A stretch of 64,000 nucleotides of DNA from Phoronis australis (GCA_002633005.1 NMRA01000469.1:1-64000), one strand, 5' to 3'; counted from the stretch's first letter, positions 48,100 to 63,400 are shown. Program-made: numbers and translations. Notes: generated from the letters alone by a model not told the origin.

Positions 48100-48397
48100 C
48101 AGGGGCGGATCTAGGATTTTGAGTTGGGGGGTCAGGGCACAGGAATAACCAGAATTTCGGCACATGCGCGCGCCCAGCCTAAAATGCAGAGATACAGGGG
48201 TCTCGAATTTTTGGGTTTGCGGACCTTATTATTAAAAAAACGGTGAACGGTGTTTGTTCAAGACCTATGCATTGTGTATTCGTCTCCCGGAGCCCCGCAT
48301 ATGCTAGTCAGCAATTCGCACCCCGAACTGACAAATGGTATCTGAGAGAATTTTAGGGGGGCCATGGCCCCCTTGCAACCCCCCTAAATCCGCCCTG
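48100..48397 (+). mobile_element. CAGGGGCGG-terminus MITE, 5-bp TSD GATTG
   Basis: TIRs and TSD at 48095-48099 and 48398-48402. Confidence 0.85.
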
Positions 48398-48759
48398 GAT
48401 TGGTTCTGAACTCACCGGTTCATTTCACCCTAATATCCTGTTATACAGAAATCAAATTTAAATGACTTTCGAATGATGAATACTACGCACTATCCATCAT
48501 TTCTTGCCTTATTGTTGGGTATCAGAATAAGAGAGTTTCATATATTGCATATAACAAGAGAAAAAATCACCGTCTTTTTGCACTCTCATTTGATTAAGCA
48601 TATCGCAAGGGGACACATAAACTCATGAATGTGTCCTCACTTACAGTGTGTCTAGGGGTGACCATAATATCCATAGGACTGACAGTATGTCGCTCCTCTA
48701 AGTTTGTTTGTGCACTAGGGTTTGCTGGAAGGGATAGAACTTGTGAAACATCTCAACCA

Positions 48760-48935
48760 TAGTGATCAGACCCGTGTGTAGTCGTCACCGAGGGTGGTTA
48801 AGTGATCAGACCAGTTGAGTGTAGTCGTCAGCGAAGGTGCTTAAGTGAATAGATCTGTTGTGTGTAGTCGTCACCGAGGATGGTTAAGTGATCAGACCGG
48901 ATGTCACGGTGTGTAGTCGCTACCGAAGATAGTGA
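48760..48935. repeat. About 42-bp degenerate tandem repeat, 4 copies
   Basis: agtgatcagac...gtgtagtcgtcaccgagg.tggtta. Confidence 0.85.
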
Positions 48936-51900
48936 ACTGCAAACAAGCCTCAAGGTTGCAAAAAAGGTCGTGCCTCTTTAATAAACGTTTTGCGTGGTCT
49001 CACCTAACTACCGTGGGATTACATATAGTTAAAAAAGCAGTGTTTGAATAATTATAGACAAACGCAAATGCTCACCAGAGACTGAATGTACATTTATGAA
49101 AGAGTTTCACCAACTGTGCAGTCATCTTGATATCCAGGATTGGACAAACAGTTCACAAGTATTTTACATTTATAGCGTTTAAACTAATTTTTGTTGTTGA
49201 AATGTACATAGTTCATGAAGAGTAGCACCCACCAAGGACCACAATATCCAATTTGTGAAATGGGGGTATGAGTTTTTTAGTTGAGTCCTGCTTTTATCTT
49301 TCAAGATTGCCGCCAATGCTGCATCAGCAGGTGACAGAACAAGGATTGACTGAAACAATCAAAACAGGGTTTAGTATCTTTTTAAGGGAAGGTTTGATTG
49401 TATCAGAAACATTACTTTTTTCTGGAATGTAATTTACGTCTATACTAGTGACGAGTGGGTTCTATCTGAGCTAGCACTATAAGCACTTTATGAATGAGGA
49501 TTTGTGAGGGATACGCGTTAACATACGGTAGTTTATTCGACGTTTACTTTTGTTAATAGTAAATGCTCGTTTAGCCAAACTTCCCCCGGCTGTTCAACTC
49601 ATTCATTTGCTAGAGTGGTTATCCACAAATGAGAGAATACATCATTTACAAATCAAATTACATTCATAGAGTTAATCACAGCCACATAATACACAAAGGC
49701 ATATCCTATTGTGACGACGGCGCAACGACCACGATACATGTAAAATTACAATTCAGTAACCACAATATTAAACAAAATTCACGCGAAATCGAAAATCCTT
49801 TCACGTTATCGTTGTATGATCAGTAGAACCTATGTTCACAAGAATACATTTTGACGCTTGTTTTACACACATGGATGTTTAGTGCAGCCTCTTGTTCAAG
49901 TGAGCGACACTTGATCTATTCATCAGTTGATCTTCCGAAGATGGCAATATCACAGACAGGGGAGAAACTGGGAGTTCTAGTTTGGGGGGAGGGAGTGTAA
50001 CGTAATTTGAGGGAGTGTAACGTAATTTGGTCAACTTTCTAATCCTTCGAAGCCTTGTGTGTGTTCAGAGTGTTTTTTTTTAATTTTATCTTTTCTGAAG
50101 GCCTGGTGTTCAATTTGGCATGCTTCACATATCACTTAAGATAGCACGAACCTTTTCAGTCGATTTCTACAAAAATCAAATTAATAGAAATATCAGTTCC
50201 TCAAACCGGAGGTAGTGACACCCTGAGCAAGTTACGACACCATCAACTGACCCAAACAAACTGTGATCTCTCTTTTCCTACCCCGGGCTTTTCAGTTATG
50301 ACAAGTGAGTGCCGTGGCCGAAACATCAGCACGAGATTTTCGGTCCCTGCTTCATTAACAAGTTGACTTTGACTTGGTAATGATGCCAGTGACACGAAGT
50401 GTCTTGCACTTACAGTCCTAAGACGGGCTCGAAGCCATGACCTCAGCAGCCGTTAAAACTAAAAACCAGTGTGACGAGTATTTCAAGCGTATTTGATTGG
50501 AAGGGATATTCCCCTCAATTTCACGCCGAACGGTGGAAGCCGACGGCGGGTATGGACGATTTCAAACTATTAAAACACAATGGATTAGATCTGGTTCCAA
50601 CTAAAAATCCAGGAAGCCTGTCCTGTTCAAGAGTAATCTAAAAAATGCGTTTGTCTGGTCCTTAACCGGTTGTGACCCTTAAAAGGGACGTACTCGTTTT
50701 TACAGCATGGGACAAACTTTTTAAAGTGATTAGCTTTGGACAAAGCTATTAAGCAATAAAATCTGTTGGTTTTTTCCGCTTTTGTTACAAATCGCCAATT
50801 TTCGCTGCTGTCTGTCAGAAATTCGATGACATCAAGAGCAGTGATTTTACCAGTTTGTACGCGTATAACACTCTACCTTTTATCGAATAGGATTTGACTC
50901 CGCTAACAGAATGTTCGACAGTGACCGCCAAGGTTCCAGGTTACAATTCGCACTGGAACTGATTTCAGAAAGCCATTTTCCTCGCCAATAATGTCACTTA
51001 AAAGTCACATATAGCGCCTAATTTGGAATACCATTGTTTTGGCTTATGTTTTGGGGTGGGATCCTTAGTTTTGTTTTCTTTTGTGTTTAATACGGGGAGT
51101 TAGCGTTTGTAGTTACACACTATAAGTTCAGTGGAGTTCACGAATTTCTTCACTGGAAAGAGTTAACGCCACTGACTCGACTCATTCGAGTCGACCGCTC
51201 CTTGGGTCTACGAAATCTTTTCCTAAAAATCGTCTAAAGAGATTTAAATTATTTCAGATTATGTAAAATATGCCAAATAGTCCAAAAACGCCTTTGAAAG
51301 GGAACACTTTCCCTTGGCTAAAGTCAAATCCACTACTAGACTATTTTTGACTAAAAGGGAAATTTCACCATGGCAATCTTTTGCACCATTTTACTATTTC
51401 ATTTGGACGTTTATTCGATGACAGTTGGTTAATGCAAATTATTAAAAACGTCAAAATCAAGTTGCTGTTTTCCAAGCACTCAAATCAACATTTTGAAGGA
51501 AAGAGGCTATTGCTATTGCTGAACGATGTACTTCATTTAAAACTTGTTTAATTAAGAATTGAATTACCTCATACTTTCTAACACACCTCAGTATGTAATT
51601 GCTGAAATGAATTGAGACCTCAAGCTAATTAGTAAGAAAGCCTCGCGAATGTGGCACAGTATAACACAATTGATAGGCCACAACAACAACAAGCAGTGAA
51701 CGTTTTTGTTGACAATGAAGCGTTACTTCTTTCATTTTTACTCAGAAAATCAAAAGAAATCATTGTGAGGAAATGACAACATTACTAAGTCTTAATAATG
51801 CAAAGAAAATCCACAGGAAGCATTCGCGCACCCAGCCTGCCTTCAATATGGGGGGGACCTTTTGCTAACAAAACAGCGGGCGGACTAAAATAAAAAAAAC

Positions 51901-52564
51901 GGGAGCACCACTGTCAAGTGCGCCGTTTGCGCTTATCGGTATTGAGTGGACTTTTCGTCGCTCAGGGGCGGACCCTTTTTGCCCACTTCGCCAAATGGGG
52001 GGGCTCGTTCGAGCCCCCCGAGCCCCCCCCCCGGGCATGGGAAGGAGAAATTTAGGTAAAGCGGATAAAAGGTCTTCTTGGAAGCATTTTTGAAACTCTC
52101 AAATTTGTAATATTTTTCTTCGAATGATCTAATTTTTCTGTCTTTGTCTGACTTTCTCTCTTTTTGCCTCACTAAATCGACAATTACCGGAGGGTGTCAC
52201 ACCCTCGACACCCCAAGTAATAACCCCTCATCACACCTCAGCGCCCTTTTGGTTGGATGACCTCATGGTCGTACAACACGCGGTGACAAGCTTGTGTGAA
52301 GAAAGGGCTTCCTTTGAAAAATGTCACCCCTTTCTTATCAAATAACCAGTGAATTTTTCTGATGAAACTTGCAGCAAGGATATTAAGAAGAAATATAACG
52401 AGTTCTCTCCAGACATAGACCATACCATCCATTGTTTGACAATTGGTCTCTATTATGAACGAAGAACATTTTGATTATGATTTTAGTAGTTGTAATTTTG
52501 ATCATTAGGAGGAAAAAAATTCAAGTTTTCTATCTATCTACAAATAAACACGATTATGAATCAG

Positions 52565-52814
52565 AGGCCTGTTCCAAGAAAACTGACTTAGCTAAGACAA
52601 ATCTTAAATTTCAGTCAATTCCAAAACAAAAATTAAATTTGCCTCAAGTCCGTTTCAAGAAAGAGATCTTAAGTTTGACTTAAGTTTTTGACTCAAGTTC
52701 TGTTAAAATTTTGACTAAATTACCGGATGTGGAAGTTTCAAAGTTTGGAAGTTTAGACAAATCTGAGATTTTTAAGTAAAAAATGAACTTAAGTCAGTTT
52801 CTTGGAATGGGCCC
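52565..52814 (+). mobile_element. Same Harbinger-type MITE
   Basis: cag|aggcctgttccaagaaaactgacttagc...ttggaatgggccc|cag. Confidence 0.8.
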
Positions 52815-53825
52815 CAGTACTAGACGCGAATTATGAACACTGTTTTTATTATAATAACAATCGTATATGACTGACGATTACTTTTATGGTTCAAATTCAA
52901 CTCACTTGATAGTTGCTGGTCAGGATACAGCGCTGTATTCCATCTTTGTTCTTTCTGTTTCAGGTGATAATGAGAAGTTACGTAATTCTGGCGCTTTTGA
53001 TAATTCTAGTACAGATAACTTTAGTCAACACGGAACCCGTCCAAGGTAAAGGAAAGACGTACTATACAGAGCGCTACTGATTTTTGTACTTTATAAATTG
53101 TATATCCGTAGCTACATCCTTTGGTTCCATCAAGGAAACCAACTTTTGACTTAAACCGCTTACCGTGATAAAAATGACTTTAACTTGTTCTTTTCTCACC
53201 TTACAAAGAACTGACAACCTATTATTCCGTAGAGACCATGGCCGGCGAATGAAGTGACCTACAGAGACAAGACAGGTTGTAGAGTTCGACCACAAACAAC
53301 GAGTTGTCAGTTCTTGCAAAGCCACTTTTAATTTGATTAAGCAACAATTTGAGACCAATTCCATAATTGTTGCCTTCAATCAAATGTTATTTTGTGATAG
53401 AAGTCGTGTTTATAGCCGCTTTAACACAATGTATCATCTCCCTCTCTTTCTTTCCCTTCCTCTACCCCTCCCTCTCCCCCCCTCTCCCCTGTCTCTCTCT
53501 NACCACACGAGCATGCTCGAATAAAAAACGTCATTTTATAACAATATTTCCAATTATTTAAAGTGCTTAAATTCACCAATTTCATATCAAAAACACAAAA
53601 ATCAACAAAAAGAACCCATCAGACAATCAGCTGGTTAGAATTACACCCGCAAAAATCTGACGATGTGTTAAATAGCTGATCCCGAGTTACGAGCATTTAT
53701 TGGTCGATACATATTACGTAGAATCAGGCCAACCAATTACACCATTAGCCATTCTCCATTGTGTTTAGTGGTAAAAGCCATCAGATATTGCACCAGTTTT
53801 CCCGTGAATTATGTTATAATAAAGA

Positions 53826-54010
53826 ATGACGAGGCTCTGCGTGTGTGGCGGTTGTGACAACTCAGTATTTGACCACGCTGTGTCTCTTCACTTTCCCACG
53901 CGACATCAGAGAAGCGCAGATATGGCACAAGCTTGTACAAGAAACGCGCATGTTGGTGGACATGACACACCGGCGCTGGGTAGTTCCATACGTCACACAC
54001 ATGTCCGTGG
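53826..54010 (+). pseudogene. Frameshifted THAP zinc-finger remnant, probably transposon-derived
   Basis: MTRLCVCGGCDNS..AVSLH / FPRDIREAQIWHKLVQETR split across ORFs 53826 and 53845. Confidence 0.65.
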
Positions 54011-56118
54011 AGCTAGAAAACTTTCGTTTTTTCCATTTTTTCGCTTTTGGGATGTAATTCACGATTGTGATATTCAGTGTTTTAAAGAAGGTTTAATGAT
54101 GCTGGGAATGTAGTCATTTGTCAAAACAAGGTAAATAGTAGTTTTTAGCACTTCACATCAGGAGACACTTTCGATCCTAGTGTAACTGATAGAAAAAAAA
54201 ATCTAAACAAAACAATACCATCTAGAATTCTAATGGACATTTTATAATTCAAAGTCATGGTTAGGCCAAAAAAATAGCATAACTGGTTTAGTCAGTTATT
54301 TGAAAATTGATACGGTGATACGGTATTTTAGTTGTTTGTATTTTTAAAAAGAAAATCACCTACCAGATGAAATGTGTCGGGATTATTCCGTTTTACTAAA
54401 CACCGCCTGATGTCAGTCTAGAAAGCAATCACAGGGCGCAGTAGTTAAGCTCGCGAGTTCAAAGAAATCAATAAGATGTTTCGTGAGTAACGTGCCAGTT
54501 TATGATTGTTTACGAAAATAAACTACACTACTAAAACAACAGCGTTGGCCAAAAGAAATAAGAAAGTGGAGGCGTTCCGTCATGTATACGTCTAACCCTT
54601 GCATGTCTCGTGTTCTATGCAAAGATGAGATTCAGTATGCCTAGAAAGCCCTCTGAGACTGTTTCAGACATTTACTAGCTGTCATTAATGTACACTACAG
54701 ATGACAAACAATCCTAATAAAAGGTTCAGCCTGTGTGATTTACCATAATCATGTATAAACGACTTTACAGCATGAGTTGCAACCATTTTCTAATACAAAC
54801 ATTCAAAGTACGGCAATCGGAAATTGTTTAATTACAATTTCCAATCAGCTAATCACGTCTCCTTGTTTTCCTCACGATTAATAAAATGGCAATAAAATAC
54901 AAACATGGCCACTGGGTCTATGATTTGATTGTGTTTAGCTGTTTTGGTTGTTACAATACAAATTCTTTGTACTTTGGATTTTAAAACTGCTCACATTTGA
55001 CTCTGCTCTATCCCGACACTTTACATCATAGCGGATCAGTAAACGTGCGAGTCATTACCGGTACTCAGTACACACATTTAGTGTCCAGTCTCAAGTACAC
55101 GTCATGTTTTAACTGCTAATTAAATACAGTGGCAGTCTTGAGGGTTGGGTTGTAGCCAATAATAGACCAATTGTTTTTTACAGTAATTAATCTCCTGTCA
55201 TGTTGGATGCTATCAGACACGGTCATTCGATTCATGATTTTCCTGTTTCATGAACGGCATCTCAAACGAAAACATACATCTTGCTAGAAATAGTCAATTC
55301 TGGCTGCTGTTTTGTGACAATGCAACAGTACCGGTCAGACTGTGAACGAACTAGAACTTTTAAACAATTATTGCACTAAAATTCTTGCAAAAAATAAGGT
55401 CTCGTTCGCTCTATTGTGTGGGTCGTCTTTCGTTTACGGCAAGGAATTAACTTTCTACCCGCTGGTGCAACGGAAATGACGTAACGTTATCGTCCACATT
55501 GCCACTTTTAAACGATACTTTTGAAATCACGGTCATTCGATACAATTCGCCATTTTACGTATGTAGTGATGTACATGGTAACGTCACACGGAAATGGACG
55601 AACTTTGTATCGAATGAGCAGGCTTTAAATCATATAATAGGCTTAGGGTATTGTACTTCCGTAAGAAAGACAATATCGTAAACCTAGGGAAAATTGGCAA
55701 AATCATTGTACTCGAATCACCGTGTCTTGTGTGAAATATAAACCTTTGCTGGTAACGTAATATTGTGGCCCATCGTTACAGATGAACCGGCGATTATTTA
55801 TGAACCCTACCAAGACAGGGCAGACGAAATGGATGACAGTGGACTAATCGAAAAACGGTAAATGTAAATAATATTAGCCGCAATCAAAATGGCAACAAAA
55901 AGAAATGAGATTTTCAAAAGCCTGAGAAAAAATATTTATTTTTGTCTCAGTCAACGAACAATACAATATTCTCATGAAATATGTCCAACTGGCTAACGTT
56001 ACAAGAATTTCTTGGAAATTATTTCATCAATATCACCTCCGTTCTCTTTTAGTAACATACATTTTACGACTGCGCCGTCGCCTCGGCGACTAAATTTCCT
56101 TACCACAAATCTAGAAGA

Positions 56119-56288
<170 letters not shown>

Positions 56289-56894
56289 ATTTATGTAAGT
56301 ATATAAATTTCCAATTTAAAATAAGGTCTAAATGATGTTGTTCTTTCAGGGGAAAACATAGCTTCAAACTGTTTTTACGAAAGTTCAAATGCCGAACGTA
56401 CAACCAATATTGTGACGCGCCCAGCGTGAGAAGACGGCGTCCTTGGATGAAGTGTTGTCCAGGCGAAGTGTGCAGATGTAACTTTCTAGGCAGTAACTGT
56501 CGGTGTGGAAGGGATTGAGCAAAACTGCCGCAGGCTGCTTGCACCATCTTGTTATTTTCCTCTTCTTCACGATTATTTCAACTGTCGTATTCCTACTAGA
56601 GTATAGCTCATCCAAAAGACGGCAGTATGCTGCTGACAATTTGAAATTTCTTGTTGTTTACACTGTCGTATCGGTAGGCACAAACAAAATCTGTACAGGC
56701 AAAACATGTCCGTTCTTCTTGTTTGGAAATTCACCCATTAGTGATTTTTTTACGAATTAACCCAGAATACTTTTACTTTGAAGTAGCGACGCCGATCTAC
56801 ATGTTCAAGTATACCAACTGGACGAGAGTGCTCGGGTCGGGAATATCGTCCTTGTGCGAATTATTTTCTTAGTTATGTGCAAGGAGTCGGGAGT

Positions 56895-57643
56895 CTACGG
56901 AAGCCCAACAGTGCTATTTTGAAGTGAAGAAAAATATTTTATTGTTTGGCGGTTGCCAAATAATTATCTTGCGGCCGAATTATCTGGCAACCGCCGCTTA
57001 ATTATCTGGCTTGTTTCTGATCTTGGAAACACCGCTCGTCTGGGGTTAAAACTGTACGGCCGTGTTTCAATGCGTCCGTGCATCCGTTCCTCTGGAATGC
57101 TACGCTTAGATCGGATTACTTTTTTATGAAAAATGACCCACAAAAGGGTGCCTTTAAATATCTCACCTGCGCCTGTGATGTAAAACAGTGTAACAGTGTC
57201 TCCCTTGGCAATTACAGTACAAAAGAATACACATTTAAAAATGTCTGGAGCTAAACTCGGTTTTGTTTTAAAATGTAACTACAGACTTTAAGGAATCAAA
57301 CTTCTTCAAATAAAGTTCTTAATAGCCATTGAATCATTCTATATGTCTATTGATAATGGTTACGTGACAACCATTTTTGTAAAAAAATCAAGAATTTTGC
57401 AGGGTCGCAAAGTTGAATTTCGCATTTATGAAATTGTTGTTATTTTGACAATACTGTAAACATAGACATCTTAATATGACTGTAACAGTCAATCCGGACA
57501 AAACATAGGGTGACGTCATGGCTCAGTCATCAAGGTCTATTCAGTGACATTGACTCAATAACTCGATTTCAATAATTATGTGGCGGCCGCCAGATCGTAA
57601 ATTATTTTCTTCACTTTAAAATGGTAGTGTTGGGCTTCTGTAG
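56895..57643. mobile_element. MITE with about 60-bp TIRs (CTACGGAAGCCC...GGGCTTCTGTAG)
   Basis: Inverted ends including tgaagtgaagaaaaata / tattttcttcactttaa and ggcggttgcca / tggcggccgcc. Confidence 0.75.
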
Positions 57644-58760
57644 CATCCTATTTACAAAGAATAAATTAATTCTAGAATACTTTAGACACATTTTGGACGT
57701 TATATTTCAGAGACCCCTGAATTAGGTACCCATGCCAAAATCAGTCGGGGAAAAATGGTATGAAAATCAGAATTTTCATATTATAAAAAGTTAGTTACCA
57801 AATGTAGATACGTGCTGTTAAAGCAAATGTATACTCGCCCGTGAATATTAAACGATAGCTACAAGTCATTTTCAAAATGTTAAAATCTAAGTACTTGAGA
57901 ATTATTTGTCTCTGCAATGAGCCAATACTGTAGGACTATGCCAAAGTATTTATATGAACTACATTTTTTCAAGAAGTTATACTCGCGGCATCTCCGACCA
58001 TTTCCCTTGGCTGTCACGGATTACGGAAAATTGCTTTGTGTAAAGCCATTCACATGATATTAGGTCCCAAGTCGCGGTATATGTGCACAAGGTATTCTAA
58101 AAAAGTAACCAAAGCAAACACAAACATGAAGGAAAATAAACCGAAAATTTCCAGTCTATGGAGACGTGACGTGATGTAGCGTGGATTGACCTGCGTATGC
58201 AAGGGATGTGATGTATTTCTATATAGTCAATTAATGCGAATTTTGTAACCTGAGAGACTGTGTGGTAGTATGCTGCTATAGTCCTGCGTTAGTTGATGGA
58301 TAATCTGTGCTTAGCCTGCTCAAATCAATAATAGTTGGTAATCGAATCACGAAAGCATGATCAGATCATCCGCCTACTGGTTTAACTATTAATCATTGAG
58401 GCACCGACCGTCTTACAATGTACAGGCCAATATAAATAGACAAATAAAATTAACATTAACAATATTTCGTGTCTTCTTCCTCAGACCGAGAAGTTTAGTT
58501 CTCGTTTATGTTACTTTATCGACCGATACATACAGCTCATTTAAAAGATTTCCTGACCCAATGAGATATGGCCTACGAAATTTTGCTCAAGTGCAAAATA
58601 TCGAGTTTTGAAATGGGCTTGGGTTCAATAAATTATAGGCCTATACACCTTGAGGCGTACTAAGCATATATTAGCGAAGATCACACCATGTATTAAATAC
58701 TTGTATTATCATTAATATATTTAATCTATGATCACACAGCAGGTGTATCTCATGGTACCA

Positions 58761-60420
58761 AAATGGAGCAACGCGGAGCATTGAAATGCGCCCACGAATG
58801 CATCGCAAACGGTGTGATTTTAGGGTTAATTATTTGTATCATAAAAATGGCCACTAGATGGCGCAAAAACGTACAATCCATCCAAAAAACGGGAACATGT
58901 CATATTTCATGAAAATCTGCAAGGAACTTCAGAGAAACAAAGGAAAACAGAACAAAATGAAATTGCCACTTGTGGGCACAGCGTCAGTTCCATCCGCCTG
59001 AAAGTCGTCGTCTGTTATCTTCATATAAATTCACTTACTAAATTTAATAAAGATCCTGCAGTGGGTTTTGGAGATACAGCTGTGGGCGCAAAACAAAACA
59101 AAACTACCACTAGGAGGCGCCACAGTAGACAGTCGCCATCATCAAACGTCCTCTTCACACTGAAAACGTATACGCCAATTTTCAAAACCATCCCTAGAAT
59201 GATTTGGTTGATCGAGAGGTGGACGCCAAAAACAAGATTTAAAAGCAGCAAAAATGGCCACCATGTGGCACAAAATACCTCGATTCCATCCAAGAAGAGG
59301 ATGATAGCGTCATCTCACCATATAGATGCTTATATTCAAAATTTTGTAAAAATTCGTTGAGGACCTTTGAAGATACAGACTGATAAACGTAAAAAACTAA
59401 AATTGCCACTCGGGGGCACACCAGTAGTCAGATCCGTCAAAAAGTCGTCGTCGTTCATTGTAATATAAATGCACTAGCTAAATTAAGTAAAGATCCTGCA
59501 AACGCTTTAATAGATACAGCCATGAGCGCAAAAAAAACTGCCACTAGGAGGCGTCGTCGGAAATCGTCGTCAGCCGCCCACTTCATAATAAAAACATACA
59601 TGCAAATTTTCACAAATATCCTGAATGCGGTTTGGTTGATAGACGAATGGACGCCAAAAAACATACTCGAAAACAGTAAAAATGACCACTAGGTGGCGCA
59701 AACTAGGTAGATTCCATCTGAAAATGTAGAGATAGCGTCAACCCATTAACAGATGCCTGTATGCCAAATTTTATGAAAATACGTTGAGGACCTTTCAACA
59801 TACAGAGGTAAAAGTAAAAAAATAAAATTGCCACTAGGTGGCACACCAGTAGTCAGATCCGTCTGAAAGTCGTCGTCCTCCGTTGTTAACATCATATGAA
59901 TACACTAACTAGATTAAGTAAACATCCTGCGCAAAAAAAACTGCCACCAGGAGGGTTCACAGTACTCGAAGTCGTCCGAAAATCATCGTCAGCCGTCCAC
60001 TTCATAGTAAGAAGATACATGCAACTTTTCACAATCATCCTTTGAGCGGTTTGGTTGATGGAGGGGTGGACGCAAAAAAGACTCAAAAACAGTAAAAATG
60101 GCCACTAGGTGGCGCAAACTACGTCAAATCCATCTGAAAACGGGAGGATAGCGTCATCTCACTATATACCAAATTTTATGAAAATCCGTTCAGGACGTTT
60201 GATGATACAGAGGTGAACGTAAAAAACTAAAATTGCCACTAGGAGGCACACCGGTAGTCGGATCATTCCGAAAGTTCGCTCATACCGTCCCATCCACGTA
60301 AGGAACACATGTGCAAAATTTCATGAACATTGTCAAGGCGCTTTGGAGATAGAGCAGCGGACGCCGGACGGACGGACGCCGGACGGAGATGACGGCATAA
60401 TGCGTCCACATATGGGCGCA
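58761..60420 (+). mobile_element. HINE-type repeat, full length with more internal modules
   Basis: Same 5' gagcaacgc.gagcattgaaatgcgcccac, same (GGAC)n and 3' hairpin. Confidence 0.78.
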
Positions 60421-63400
60421 AGGGAGTCTCTAGCTAGCGAAATTGAGCTGGTTATGCTCAGTGCCACTCACCATTTTGCTTATTAAACATTCACTTCTCG
60501 TAAGATAGCCTCACGCTTTGGAACAAGTACTTGCCTGGGTTATTTTTAAGAGGTAGGATTTTTTTACATTCCTAAATACCGGAAGTGTAAGTTGCAATGT
60601 AGACGCAACATACTCTTGACCTCAGGCAACGCCTTCAACACTCACAGGTCTAAACTTTTCCTATACTTAGCTGATTTTATAATTATCTGTTAAGAAGTGA
60701 AAATTCTATGTCACAAAAATTGAAAATCACTACAATGGCGAAATAACTCACAAACGTTTCCTGCCGCTGTGACAAGCTCAACTTTCATTTAATGTTACGC
60801 ACAACAGTGTATCCTTTGTATGTAGAAATGTTCGCAAAAACAACAACCATGTTTAGTTCATTTTGCAATAACCGCTTGACACGTCCGGCTCTGCTGTTTT
60901 TCCTATACTGAGTGGGCTGATAAAACTCACATAAACTTTCCGAGACAGGTAGTACCATTACTCAGAACTCCTGTCGTAATAAAATAGCATTAATTTGAAC
61001 TGTTACACCACGTACCAGCCAGGCAAGTCTCGAGTGTTTCTTGACGGCTCAAATGAGGAACAGTCGAGAGGAGAGATGCGTAAAAGGATACCAAACCCGG
61101 TTTTAGCTTATTAACAGATACGAAAAGCGACTTTCCCATCCAATTCTCTGAAACGAAATAATGCTCTTTAAATCTCAAATGTTTGGAGGAAAATTTGAAA
61201 ACACCTTTCAGTCTGCTCAACGGGCAAGCGTGACCTACACTTATAGGGAATTACACGGCAACTGTAGGAAAAGACCACTCACCAAGGACTATCACGTCCA
61301 ATCTGTGACCAATGAACTGGTATAGCTCATTGATGTGACATTGGGAGTATGAGATTGTACTTGATTCCTGCCTTTAATTTGGAAGATTGGCGCCAATGAT
61401 GCATTAGCAGGTGACAGTACGAGGATTGGTGGAAATCTTCAAAACAGGGTTTAGTATCCTTTTAAGGTCGGTGCTATAAAACGTATTCTCACAAAAGAAG
61501 TCAAAACTGCATTTCGCACACTTGAGCTGATAGAAACATTAATTGATCAAAAATTCAGTTCAAGTCGTAGAATATGTCTCACAATATTCCTTATTGCAAT
61601 AGCATCCCGTTAACACCTTTTAACTTAAAAGTTATAGGCAATGAGTACGCGCCAACCAATGAAACTCAGGTAGAAATAAACTTTCACTCCGAGGTCCAGA
61701 AACCACAGCTTTATGGACTGAGTACAGGGCCGTCGCTACAACTTAAACTAAAATGCCCCAGTGGGCCCTTTCTTGAGCGGGGCCCGTAGTTTAGGTATAC
61801 TTCGCACTGATAACCTCCGTCTGCAACTCAGTTTTCACATACGACTTTAGTATAAGTTGGCAGCAAATATTCTCTCATTGAACCTACAACGTAACTTCGA
61901 TTTTTCCAGACGGCAATTGAACGGGAAAATCGAAGTAAAGTGGCGTGTTCAATGAGACTTGCATACGGACTTCGTATACGTATTTTGGATCACTGTCTAC
62001 ACTAATGTCGGGCACAGCTTCGTACACAACTGCAGGGGCATTTTCTACGTAGCTCCGATTAACCTTACAAGAAAAATCGGAGCGTGAAAACGAGGCAACA
62101 ACTGAAATTGCTAATAGTTTGTAACTTTAAGTTGGCAGAATCGAGTCATAGTTTTAAAGAAAGCTTTCGTATGACAGCTAAGGGGCACACAGACTTTCAC
62201 GTGTTCCACCGGATATCACAAAGTTCAATGTCTAGGTTATTTTCTGTACTTGGGCACAACAGCCAGTTATGTATATGCTTTAAAGGACACCAACTATAAA
62301 TATCAGGTATAAGCATACTTTTTACACGACTGGTTCCTAGCACTAAACTACGAACAAAATTTATACTTCTTGATGAATACAATAAGACGTGAGTATGTGA
62401 CCATGGTTGAGACATTTTAAATGATTCAAGAGGCATTTCCCCTAATTTTCCGCATAAACACAAAACTATGAAAAATGTCGATTGATTCGGACTAACCAAT
62501 CTGAAAATTATCTTGAAAGTTATTGATTTCAATTATGAAAAAGAAGTGAGTGAGTGAGCGATCACACCGACTGATTGGAAGTGGTCCAATTCACGTTTCC
62601 ACGAGTTGATTTAGTCTTGTCAAAATGATGGTTATACGACACTTTTTAACATGTTACTTCTCTGAATGATCTGCTCAGGATAGAGATGTCTCTTACAGCA
62701 TGGAAACGTGTGACACACCGTTATGCGCTTAAGTAACCTCAATTACAATTTGACGGTCAATCATCAGCGTTTCCACGAGAGGTTAATTTCATAACGCCAA
62801 ACAAAAATGTCAGAATATTCATTGAATGAGCTAAAGGAATTGATGTAGGCATTTTTAAAATAAATATGCCTACCTCTCTGGTGTTGGTAGTCTTTATAAA
62901 AATTTTTTTGAAAACCTAGAATTTTGTTTTGGCTTGGAGTTCAGAAACCGTATCCTTTCAAAGGATAACGTCAAGACATTAAAAATGAACCGCTTTAATG
63001 TCGGCACACGTCTTTCTGATGTCACATTTGACTTTATGCAATTTAAGAAAGCCTCCACTCGGAACTGTAAACATTTTTGAAAACAACAAAAAATTGAGGC
63101 ATAGTGTAGAGTGCATTTGGTTAACATGTTTTTCTCAGTAACACTCCACAAAAATATCAATTGCGACATATTTGTAATAGAGCACATACGGATAATGCCT
63201 AAAGACTCCATAGCCGAGCAACCATAAGTACTACTTACACTACGAACTATGGTTAGAGATAATGACGACAGTTTTCGAGAGTGCTTTGAAGTACGTTGTA
63301 ACGAGGTTTGACTGTTATTGATATCTACATCCTCCAGTTTTCCCTACTACTCTTGCTCGTTACTTTTCTTATAACTTACTGTCAATTCTTTTAATTTCTC

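Noticed and set aside
56385-56880. Minus-strand coding-like stretch, possibly a second TIR-like relic
   Set aside because: Interrupted by stops, and the motif hints fall in conflicting frames; too weak to call.
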